Source: Eremomyces bilateralis CBS 781.70 (taxonomy: Eukaryota). From it: DNA of 64,000 nt. The notes under the pieces are model-generated. The model was not told where the DNA came from, did no database searches, and saw only the letters and a list, made by a program, of their open reading frames with translations. Below are positions 53,039 through 64,000 of the stretch, one piece after another (position 1 is the stretch's first letter; every line of letters begins with the position of its first letter). Location of the stretch: NCBI GenBank assembly GCA_010015585.1, contig ML975151.1. The stretch is one strand, 5' to 3'. The position numbers and the translations under genes were made by a program.

Positions 53039-53789
53039 ATGGCTGTCAGCGAAATTGTCACCGACCCAACCCTGCAGAGCGTTCTTGAAGCTGCAGAACG
53101 AGCGCGGAAACAATGCATCGAACTCCTTCAACTGCTTGAGCAATCATCCGAATCCACCGATAGTTCCACACCAGAGTTCGAGTCAGAGCTGTCCACGCAA
53201 CAGAAAAGCGTCTTTGCTCGGCTGTCGCAACTGCGAGCCATCAATCGCAATGCCATCATCGGGGTTCGCCAAACGAAACAAGCGACAGCGGATGCCCGGC
53301 ATGAAGTCGATATGTTGCATTTGCAGTTGCAAAATCTGTACTACGAGCAACGGCATCTGAGAGGCGAGATCGCAGCATGTGAAGCCTATGAGTATGGGAA
53401 CTACAATTGCTCTATCTAGAATTGGTTATTGACGAGAGCGACAGTCACAAATACCAACAACTACCACTCATTCCGGTCGAAGACTTCCTTCAGCAGTGTC
53501 CAGAACATCAAACCGACGACGAACATGAGCTTATGATTGCGCGAATTAATCACGAGCATGCAGAGCGACAGGCCCTTGAGGAGACGCGACAAGGACTACT
53601 GAAGGAGAAGCAAGGCCTCATTGCGGAGAACAAGAAGCGGAAGGATGACCTGGCAAACATTGACAAGGATTTGGAGAAGTTCATTGAGGTATAGTCCAGG
53701 CCAGAAATTATATTGACGTGTATGACGCCCTAGCTGACCACTTCTAGGCCGCCACGCCGATTATCAAGACCTTTGAGAAGGAATACTGA
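53039..53789 (+). CDS. THO complex subunit 5-like (FmiP/Thoc5 N-terminal domain) protein
   Basis: LHLQLQNLYYEQRHLRGEIAACE, LPLIPVEDF, HELMIARINHEHAER; 2 introns. Confidence 0.85.
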
Positions 53790-54128
53790 GGGCTACGTGC
53801 GTGTCTGAGTATTATGCCTCACGCTTGGCCTCGAATACGACGAATGTATGAGTTGCACATCCAGCCAAGGTTTAGGAGAAATGTACGGATTAGCATTTAT
53901 CCAGCTGCGATTTTGAATGCTAGACCGTGTGGGAAGTGCGATGATCGAAAACAGCGCTCAAGATGCATCGCTACCAGCTAGAAATTTCGAAGAAATCGTT
54001 CGTAAAACTCTTCTGCGAACAACAATCTTTGCCCAGATGGTTCCCATTCGAGGCCCAACCCATCCCAGACCAAGGTATGCCAACTCCAGAACCGAATTAG
54101 GACCGTCCCTGCCGATGCCACCGACTCT

Positions 54129-54925
54129 TTATGAACTGACGACGTGCGCAAACACCTTAGAAGCCAAATCCGCTAGAAGTCGGGATTTCTCCGATTGCGG
54201 CAGTTCTTGAAACACGGAATATACACTTTTGCCTCGCGCGTCTCGTACCGCTCCAAGCCGGTTGCCGGCCACTGCACCCGCGATGGCGCCGGGGAAATTG
54301 GCGACGATAAACCCCATCGCTCCACCACTCAAGCCGCCCACGACGCTCCAGAATTTGCCGGTCGGCTGCGCTCGCTCGCCTTCGGCCATCCCCTCCTCGC
54401 GCAGCATTTCCTCGAACACGCTGCCGAACTGGTCATTGTCAAATTCCTCGCGATTTCGGTTCGAACCGAATCCGAATGCGGACCACGGGAACGAGCCAGG
54501 GGTTCGACCCGTATCGTATTGCGGAACCTCCTCCTCGGCCGGTTCCTCGGCGAAGCCATGGTATGCTCGAGCAGCATCGTATTCGCGTCGACGGGTGGGG
54601 TCGGAAAGCGTGTAATAAGCGTCGTTGATCTCTTGGAATTTCTTCGTACGGGTCTGCCGCTGGGGAGAATCGGCTGGAACGCGGTCTGGATGGTGTTTTA
54701 AGGCGGCTCTGCAGATAAAACATGTTAGACTCGGTACCCCTGGGTCGCAAGCGAATGGCTCCCATGAAAGGGGATGGTTGTCGCATACTTCTTGTAAGCG
54801 TCGCGAATTTGTTGCTGGGTGGCTTTGGGGTCGATTTCAAGGGCCACGTAGAAGTCGACTGGGGGGCCTTTCGGTGTCAGTACGTCGCCATGGAATGACA
54901 GAGCAGGTAAATACTCACCTGCCAT
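54129..54925 (-). CDS. DnaJ-domain protein with glycine-zipper-like C-terminus
   Basis: DFYVALEI..QIRDAYKKAALKHHPDRVP..FQEINDAYYTLSD; GGAMGFIVANFPGAIAGAVAGNRLGAVRD; 2 introns. Confidence 0.9.
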
Positions 54926-57900
54926 CGCGGTGGAATGAAGGTTTCAAGTGGCAATGTGCAATGTCTGTAGGAAAGCAAGTATAGCGGGAAATAAGAAAAG
55001 GCTCCCGAGAGGCTTTGATTGTGTGAACTGTATGAGATTATAATAGAGTATCTGGTGGATAGTGTACTTTACATGTATGGAGGAAGAGTGGTGGTGTACT
55101 ACGTGGAATCTATCATGATATTCGAGGTTCAAGTTCTGGCCCAAGTTCTGGCCCGAAGGTGTCCAGACTGCAGCGATGGGCAAATCCTGGCAATGACGTC
55201 GTTGTGGTAACTTGTTGCCTCAATTGCTGCCTCAGCCTGATCGACAAGACGACAGGCGATTTCGCGAACCAACCTCATGCGTGTCCTTATCACTCTTACC
55301 GTCCTCCTCATTTCGCTCGTCTCGTCCAACCACTTAGGTACCTGTACTCAAGACTCTCTGTACATCCCTCAAGTGATACATCCAATACATGCTTCCTTCG
55401 AAAATATTAGCTTTCCTTGTGTGTTGACTGGGACAATCGTTCGAGTCACATCTGCACTCGGTCGCCGATTCAATCAAACGAAGTTTGCATTATACATGAT
55501 CATGAGTCCATGAGTAACTTTCTTTCCGTTATTCTCAAGTCTTCTCGCAGCCTGCATACCTCGAAAGACTAATTCCGCCTGAGGATCGCTTGCAATGCTA
55601 GCTGCGTTCATGGCGATGCCGCTGAGGGGTGAAATGGATGGCAAAGTGCCACGACCCTCTGCCGCAACAATGCTGTGGCAGTCGTCGAGTGAACGGTCGT
55701 GACGCCGCATGTCTCGGCTAGGACGATGATCGTGGTCACCTGGATGAAGTCTAGCGCGACCTAGCCGTCGGATCCTTCGAAGGCGCCATAGCATGAAGGT
55801 CCAATCCAAGTCAATCGGCGGGCTTGCCTGCTTGTCGGACATGATGAAGGATCTCACGAGCGATGCGCCCAAGCATGGCGGCTCAAAATATAATTGACTG
55901 GACCAGTCAATCACGAGACTCGCCTCGAAGCAACATATATTCGAGGCTGTGCCTGCAATCGTAAATAGAATGCGAGAGGAAGCGCGTGCTTCGCAAGTTG
56001 CATATCCTACGATGCAGAGCTCGTTGGCTGCCTTCGACCAGTGTATATTTGGTCGGTGCTAGCTAGGCGCCTAGTCTATCCGTGCAAATGAAGTTCAGTT
56101 GAACGAGGTTCGGCAACAGGACTGCGCTCAAATTGAGTACATATATCTTGCGCGGTATGGCCCAATTTCACATGGGCGGGAGAATATCAATCTTCTGAGT
56201 TCTTATTTTCCCTGCAACGCGATTCTTCCACACAACCAGGGATATATCATAGCAGGTCGATCTAATTCCATTTCTTCAGAGCTACGCCAAACCGACCCCA
56301 CACATAGTGGGAAAGCAGAACGATACAGAATCTCTTGCTTGTGCCGTATCTTACCCGGCTCTATCATTCGAGCCTTGAATTACGCAACGGGATCGTCGTT
56401 CTTCCAAGGAACAAATCAAGACCAGACTAATTTCCCGAGCATCTGGTTCGTGGCTTCAGCTCCATTCTCATTTCTCGTCCGCGGCGCTTAAGGAATACCA
56501 ATCTTGCGCATCGGTCAGTGTTTATCATCCTAGCTACGCGCATTGCGGGAGCCGTAGCCGCGTGTTTTGGTAGGGGAATTGCTTGTACGGGGAATGACAG
56601 TCCTAACAAGAGGTTGGGCCAATTAATACATACTAGAAGCTAATATTGCCACAGTCCAGTCCATTACCCTCTCCAACAGCCCGATCATTTCTCGCTAGCT
56701 CTACAACCACATTTTCCGACCACCGTTAGGATCTCTTCCTGAGTCTGCAGTCTACGGAGTAGTCTGGCGAGGTTGATGGGACTGTGTTGCATTATCCAGT
56801 CCTGTCCGTCCGTATCCTCGTCTTCTGTCTGGAACAGGGCATACAGCACCGAGGACCTTCCTCTGCTTCGTCCTCGCCCCTCGGTAGTTCCGTCACCGCA
56901 GTACATACTCGTCTCTCCGTTCTCTCTAAACACAGGAGGTGCAGTAACGAAGTTGAGTGTCCGACCAATTGGAACCCGATCCCGACGCCTCTAACACCTC
57001 AAAATAGAAGCCGCGACTGAGGTTGCTGAAGTTGAGACGAATCGGGATTAGTGAGGGTTAGTACGAATTAGCGTCGGCGCTATTGTTTCTTATTGGCCCA
57101 TACCCCTACATACCCCAACTTCAGCCTCCGACACTCATGTCTCATGATTGGCTGTCCACTTCAACTTTACGCGCCCGTCAATCCTCCTGCAGTTCCGCAT
57201 TGAAACTCATGCATCATCAACTTTGATCAACCACATCGATTTCTCCCTCACTCTCTCTCGCCGTTTCATATCCCTCTTCCATTCCACTCGCTTTTCCAAC
57301 TCTCTAACCGCCCTCAATCACAGCGGACCCCAGAAATCCGACCATACGGTCCCTCCGCTGATTGGTCTCTCGCCCTCCCCATTCCTTTTGACCCCCAATT
57401 CCCCCGCTATTACAAACCGACCGTGCTTGAACTTTGCAGCGCTTTGTTTCGTGCTCTCCTCTTCTCTGTTACGTTCCGACTTTGGTTCGCTGTCTGTCTG
57501 CCGCCTTGTCCTTGTCAGATACCTTGGTTTGGAGCAATTGCTGAAGTTTCCTCCATCGCTGCTGTCCAACGCAGAGATTCCTGCTGCGAAGTAACGGAGT
57601 CCCCGCGGAGTGCGTAACGCTGGATTGAGTCACTCTCCTTGCCCACTAACTTTGGGCACTACCTTGGGACAGTCTGAAGGATTACGGCCTGGAGAACAGG
57701 GCACAAGGGCTGCAGGCTTTCCGGCAAATCAAACTACAGGTATGTCAAATGTTGGACAAGAGCTCCACCAACTTCCCCTCGCTCCATCATTGGTATATCC
57801 CCGTAGCGTAACGCATGGTCCACACCGCGCATGCTATGTATCCGTGCAAACGACCACCAGCCTGGCTGCTATGCGTAGCGTCCGCTGCCCTGTCGGTCCA

Positions 57901-58116
57901 TGTCATATACATGGTGCACTTTCCTTCCCCCTCGTCTTCCTCTTTCCTATTTCCTACCCATCAAGTTGGTCGCTCGCTACTTTGACTAGCACTTCTGCTC
58001 GGTCTGGAGCGTCAGCTGCTTGGTCCTCTCTATGCCGTTTCACCTCATGCCTCTATATTCCTCAGTCGTTTCCTCGTTCGCCTAATTCGGCCTATATTCG
58101 CAATACTTGATGATAT

Positions 58117-59880
58117 ATGGCGCTCATTACTCCTAGTCGCAGGTCCTCAACGTCTGGCGTTTCCCGCTCAATAAGCTATCCACTCGTTCCCACGATCAAG
58201 ACTGATATCGAAGCCCTCCCACTCTCAGCCACCTCCTTCGTCGCACCCGCGTCATCGATTACCCCGTCAAGCACTGTTTCAAGCTTTCTATACTCTCCGA
58301 CCGCGGCAGAAGCACTCATGGCTGCTGCTACAACGACCCCTGCGAGCACCATGTCTTCAACTTTAGCTTCAGCTGCCGGGACCTCGGGATTGCAACTGAA
58401 CGGCAGGCCAAGGGTACCACCGCTGAAGACACGGACACCTATGTCTGCGACATATCCATCGGAACTTCGGAGTCCGCTTCACAGTGCCAGTGTCACCACA
58501 CCACGCAGTTCGGGTGGGCTTTGGAGTGCCGGAATTCGGGGAGAGGATCTGCGAAGCTCGGGGTTGAGTCCTGCCTTGGGTGGAGCTACAATATTCAGTG
58601 CAGGTGGAGCACGCACCCCGACAAGTGCTCCTATTAAGAGGGAGTGGGAGGATGACTCGGCGAACAATGACCCAACTGTCATTACCCCACCACCGGCATA
58701 CCTTGACTTTCTCCGGGCGCTGAAGCCAGGAGTGAAATCACCTGTGTGCGCAGCCCCACCACAACCTCATTCCGCTCGTGGATTTGGACCGACTTCGGCA
58801 TCCTTCACATCGGGGGGAGATGGTAAAGGCGAGACCGTGGAGTTCCCCGACTCAATACCGAGACCACAGAGTCTATATTCGACCGACTCCAGTGACAGTG
58901 TCACCACAACCGCTTCCCTTTCCACGGGGTCAACATCATCGTTGAATATGATGACCGACCCATCTCACCCCGCCGACACTTCTATGCCGGGGATCGAAGA
59001 AGTGGACCCTATTGTCAAGACAGAGCCTGCCACTCCCGAAAGTTTAAATGAGCCTGATATCAACGCGGAGGATACAGATATTACCCCTACTGCAACGAAA
59101 CGGGATGAATCGAGAGACCAAGAGCATTACCGGAATTTGTCACCGCCCTCTCGCTCATCTTCTACGTCTTCAGTCCAATCTATCGGTCGTCCGCCCCCCG
59201 CCGTCGTTTCTGGCTCTCAACCTGCAAGCAGCGGCCCATCCCCGGGCCAACATTATCAGCTACATCGTCCGGCAAACATCCAGATACCTTCCGCAAGCCA
59301 GTTCATGCGAAATGCGCAGACGTCATACGTCCACACTCCCGGTCTCGGCTCCGGCCGACAACCACAAACTCCCAGCTCCGCTACTGCCCCCAAAGGTTCC
59401 GCTACCCGTCGGGCTCGCCCGGGTCTGCACATCCCCAACTCGGGAAAATCTGTCGGTGCTGGTCCGTACTCACCTGCCGTGTCCGGAACCACCAACCCAA
59501 ATGCTGTCCGCTCGCCAATATCGGCCGGCATCCGCTCTCCCCTTTCCGCAGGCGTCCGGTCGCCTCTACCAACAGGTCCGGGGGCTCCCATCCATTCACC
59601 TGCTATCCAAAGTCCTGTTGGTGTACAGAGCCCTCTGAGCCTCTCAGGTGCTCTAACGGGCCCGCTAGGTGGGTCTGCAACCCATCATGCACCTAGTCCG
59701 ACGTGCGTCAGCGTTAGGGAGGTTGTGACGAGGACGGTGGTTTGGGCGAGGGGTCCCGGACAGTCGAATTCGTCGAACGGCAGCTCTGCCGGACCGAATC
59801 AAGCGCAAGGAAGGGATGGTTGTGGAGAAACATCAGAAAGGAGAGAGGCGCCGGAGAAGCGAAGGAGGGTGGAAGATTGA
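58117..59880 (+). CDS. Ser/Thr/Pro-rich disordered protein, probably nuclear
   Basis: 587-aa intronless ORF; islands ITPPPAYLDFL and VSVREVVTRTV; terminal KRRR. Confidence 0.75.
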   Translation: MALITPSRRSSTSGVSRSISYPLVPTIKTDIEALPLSATSFVAPASSITPSSTVSSFLYSPTAAEALMAAATTTPASTMSSTLASAAGTSGLQLNGRPRVPPLKTRTPMSATYPSELRSPLHSASVTTPRSSGGLWSAGIRGEDLRSSGLSPALGGATIFSAGGARTPTSAPIKREWEDDSANNDPTVITPPPAYLDFLRALKPGVKSPVCAAPPQPHSARGFGPTSASFTSGGDGKGETVEFPDSIPRPQSLYSTDSSDSVTTTASLSTGSTSSLNMMTDPSHPADTSMPGIEEVDPIVKTEPATPESLNEPDINAEDTDITPTATKRDESRDQEHYRNLSPPSRSSSTSSVQSIGRPPPAVVSGSQPASSGPSPGQHYQLHRPANIQIPSASQFMRNAQTSYVHTPGLGSGRQPQTPSSATAPKGSATRRARPGLHIPNSGKSVGAGPYSPAVSGTTNPNAVRSPISAGIRSPLSAGVRSPLPTGPGAPIHSPAIQSPVGVQSPLSLSGALTGPLGGSATHHAPSPTCVSVREVVTRTVVWARGPGQSNSSNGSSAGPNQAQGRDGCGETSERREAPEKRRRVED

Positions 59881-60636
59881 ATGCATGGACCGCATTGCCC
59901 CTTCTCGTTCTTGTTAATGATCGCATTCGCGAGCGCTGTCGTTTGACCACGGGTTTGACGTTTCGTTGGTTCTTTGGGTCTATCTTCTGTCATAGTTCTA
60001 CTGCGAGCCATTGTGGCCTCCACCGAGAGGTTTTGCGTGATCACCCAAGCGCGGTTAGATCATAGGGGTTATGGCTGGATCTACATATTTCTGGGGCATA
60101 GTGAAAGATTTACACTTGCGTAGTTGACTTACTTATGATGAATGAGCTTCGTGAGCTGGAGTTTGGAAACAAGGACCACATGGAATGATAAAAGGGACAG
60201 GTTTCAAATTTTTGCACCGAAATATAGACATAGTTACATGTCGTCTTAAATCGGCAGAAGAGCACTTCATTCATACTAGTTTAAAATGGCACTCTCTGCC
60301 ATTACTTTCCCTACATGTCTGCATCTTAGTTATAGGCTATCCGTCCGTCAAGGAAGTCTTGGTAACCGTCGGCTTCCAAGTCTGTAATCGTTATCAAACA
60401 AGACAACCGATAAGAAACTGACGCAAAAGGCTCTGGCGAAAGGAGTACTTAGTAGATATAGCTACTCCGTGCAGCCGCCTGGGAGGGTCCATATGCAATT
60501 CCTGTACGCTCAGCCCATTCGCTAGAAGGCAAAACACCACCACAGCTAGTGAGCAAGTTTCGAGCCATTCGGCGTATGCATATATCATCGATATTAACGA
60601 ATCCTACAGGGCGAACTCCTTCCCTGACAATAGGGA

Positions 60637-63384
60637 TCATGGTCCGTTTGTGACCGAAATATTCTGTCCCACGCAGATCCTACCCACAGAGTCCTGCAGT
60701 CCGCAGTGAATTCCGAAGTTCACGCCCCCTCTCCCAGGCTCTCGCCTTGTCTTGGCGAGTGTCACGAACGGCTCACCACGCAAATCTTTCTCTCCTTCCT
60801 TTGGATTGACGCAGACGATTTGGCATCGGCGGCAAGCTCCAAGCACTTGAAGGATGGTGGGAGGGGAATCAATCCCATTCTCCGAAGGACAGGGAATGAA
60901 GGAGAGGATATGGCAGCCATCACACCAACTATCCTCCTCATATGCGTTGGAGTGGTCAAGCGGGCCTTGCGCGGATGGCGCCAGCGGCTTAATCACAATA
61001 TTCGCCCTGAACCTGTCAGGAAACAGGTCAAATCCTGCATGAACATTCCCTGCGCTCTTTATCTGCTGGTTCAAAAGCCTCACGCTGGCCCGGTTAATAA
61101 TGAGGATTGGAGACTCATTTGCCAATAAGATGGGATTTTCTCGCTCATGGATGTGAGCAGCCTCGTGGTCGGAGTCAATTCCGATACCGCTATCTTTTTC
61201 ATCGTCTGCGACCTTTGTTGAGGGATAAGATCCCGGAACAGAAACATGAGTAGGCTTTTGCTTAGTAATGGTGTCCTCTAGTTGCAAATTGTGCTTCCCG
61301 GAAACACCACGCCACTGTCTTCCGACGCCTTGCAATGCCGAGTTGGATGAATAACGTGCAAGGCGACATGGGACTCCCACAGCTTCCGACAAAAACTCTG
61401 ATATTTCGAGGGATTGGTACGTCTTTGCCATGATAATATCACCGCATACTCTCGTCGACTGACCCTTGAACTCGGGTAACCCTGTCTCCAGTAACCTCGA
61501 TGAGCTTTCAAATGGCCGAGGGTCCTCGGAAAGGGGTACTTCCACTGATGGGCGTTGAAAAGACATCTGTTTGGCCGTTCGAGAGCATTCGATTCGCAGG
61601 ATTCCTTTCTCTAGGTCAACGGTTGGCTTAATATGAGCCATATGCGGATATCGCTTCATGCTCAGGGCTGTTCCAGTGCCTTGATGTACGATGCACCATT
61701 CGCGATCCCAGGCTAGGCCTTCACGTCGTACTTTCCATGATTGCCCTTGTGGTACACTGAACCCAGCACACGACTTGATCGGGTATACCGTAATAGACTC
61801 GACAGTGTAGGTGGTTCCCCCAGACATCAATTGCTCATATCCAAGTCGACTTTTGATATCGGGCATAGGTGAAGAGGGAGTCGTCCCGACTTGCCGTCCA
61901 TCCTTCAACGGAGTCTCGATATAGGCGGTCTGGTTGTGCACGATGAAGAACTCTTTCACCCACACAAGAAAATTTTCAACATCATTCATCGTGCTTGCAG
62001 CACCCAAGCTGACTCGTACAATTCCCGTTGGTTTCCCTTCTCCGACCCAGCCTTCTCCATCTTCAACTCCGCATCTAGCACCGGCGGAGAAATTGCGTCG
62101 GAGTTCCCATGGCGCTAAAGAAAGTGCAGCCGATACACCGCCGGGGTTGCAAACGCCTCCAGTTCGTAAGCTTATATTTCGTACGGCAGCGAGCTTTTCA
62201 ACTTCTGCATGCTGGACACATGTACCGCTTGGAGTTTCGAAGTTCAGGGCTATTGTTGATCCTTGCATTTTCATATCGGTATAGCCCGAGTCGGGATCGG
62301 TGTAAATTTGGCAGACCGGCGTGCCAGAGGGATGACGCAGAGACTTCAGCTCCGAATAAAGTCTCTGGGTCAGGAAAGAAACGTGCCTTGAGATGCGTTC
62401 AAAGGACCCAAATAAGTCGCGATGAACGGATACCGCAGACTGAAGGGCCAGGATGCTATGAATTGGGAGGGTACCGTCTTCCAAGTGCGAGTGCGGCGAG
62501 TCATTCTTCTTTAAATGCCATTGCTCCTGTAAGCACAGGACGAGGTCAACGGTGCCGCCTCCAAAGTACTTGCGCCGTGTCATGATAGCGCTAGACGACT
62601 TTCGGACAATCAAGGCGCCTAGGTCTGGAAACCCGAAGATTTTGTAGAAGCTCAGAACCGTAAAGTCGGGCGCAGCATCGGCATCACTTAAATCCAGTGG
62701 ACAAGTAGCGACGAGCGCGGCGGCGTCAAGAAGGGTGTAGACTGGTTGACCAGGTGGGCTCTTGGAACGGATTTCACGACTCCACCGGAGTGGTAGTCGG
62801 TAACCGTTCATGTTTGATTGCGCGGGAAAGGTGAAAAGGCGATGCATGAACTGTTGTTCTTTGCTACGACATCCATTCCGGATCCAGTCGTCCACTGCTT
62901 CTTTCGATTCGAAACATTGGTGTTGCATTGCGACCTCTCGACCGCCCACAATACTGGTGTGTGAGTCCCGATGGTATCCATACCAGAAGCCGCTCTGACA
63001 GTCGCGAAAGGCATCGATCACAAGTTTCACCCCCGCCGTCGCATTAGCGACGAAGACAACATCAAATTCATTTGGATCCGCTTTGACCATGTGAAGGACG
63101 TCCAATCGGACGTTTTCGATCATTTGAGTGGTTGTCTGGGATGCAGTGCTCGAAGAATGCGGATTACCATGCATGTTTGAGATCATGTTGGCGGAGAACC
63201 GCTCCAGCAATGAACGGGGAACTGGGGGAGTGCCAGCATTATCGAGGTAAAGAGAATCTATTATCATTATCAGTATTTCTCAACCAAATTATGGAAGGAT
63301 CCCAATACCTGTTAACGACGGATACTCTCGCTGCCGGAGGGATTCAATGTGGGAGTTGTATTCTACGTCTCCAAGCTCTTCCAT
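60637..63384 (-). CDS. hxB: Molybdenum cofactor sulfurase
   Basis: REYP..YLDNAGT, GNPHS, SFYKIFGFPDLGALIV (PLP Lys), LRTGGVCNPG, MOSC_N VYPIKSC and WDREW, MOSC RFRANIV and CRRCQ; 1 intron near the 5' end. Confidence 0.95.
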
Positions 63385-64000
63385 GGTGAACACCGGCCTC
63401 AACGACGCCACCTTATAAGTGTCCAAAAGAGTTGAATATTAGAGAAGAATAAACGACACTTCAATTATTACTTTGGAGACGAGGAAATTGAGCAGTTATG
63501 AAATTCATTGAATCAACTCATTCTTGCGACCTATAGGCTGGATTCCGTCCTGGCTTCAGGATGTGCAGCCGTCTGGTCGAGACAGTCGGAGGACGCCGAC
63601 GGGGCAAACTGCCAGAGGGGACCTAACTGAAGCTGCTAAGATAACGTCTATTACTCACCCAAGGCCATCCTGGGCAGCATATTTTCAGCTGAAAATGCGC
63701 CTATTAGGCGTACCACTGTAATTGGAGAGGAATATTGGAAATTACAGAGTATGAAGTGAATATTGGATAGAAATCCGATTAGAATGAGCATCGTGAAGTA
63801 GATCACGTGTGCGACTTACAACAATGCACGTGATGTGGTTGTATGAACCATTGACGCCTTGTTGCCTGAGGCATGAAAGCATGGCATCAGAACAAAGTGA
63901 GCCGCCTGCGCTGTTAAGGACTACAAGATACTTTTATTGCGCCATACATTGGGCGATCAGCTTTATTCACACCGGGCACATTGGTATATATGTGTCTGGA

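Noticed and set aside
55000..57100. Several 60-146 aa ORFs between the DnaJ gene and the Ser/Pro-rich gene
   Set aside because: No motifs or convincing exon chain; a weak orphan gene cannot be excluded

Overview
Gene-dense, intron-containing euchromatin from a filamentous ascomycete (Pezizomycotina-type genes, short GT-AG introns with CTRAY branch sites). Recognisable conserved genes, in order: palH/RIM21, CSA/ERCC8-like WD40, class-3 lipase, MFS transporter, ATG1, velB, carboxylesterase, Phe-type DAHP synthase (ARO3), Zn2Cys6 TF, PAM17, a HET-domain protein, INA17-like, RAMP4, AP-3 delta, EMC2, THOC5-like, a DnaJ protein and Moco sulfurase (hxB). Exon boundaries were reconstructed by eye. 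The most unusual items are: a secreted Kex2-site repeat protein with a His-rich tail (5.9-6.7 kb); a secreted protein broken by two frameshifts (26 kb); a decayed RRM-like gene (36-37.6 kb); a 108-bp-arm inverted repeat (39.4-39.7 kb); a HET protein with a hydrophobic insertion; and a shared E-box plus TGCCTGAGGCA promoter module. No rRNA, tRNA, CRISPR array or intact transposase was seen. All family calls rest on recalled motifs, not database searches.
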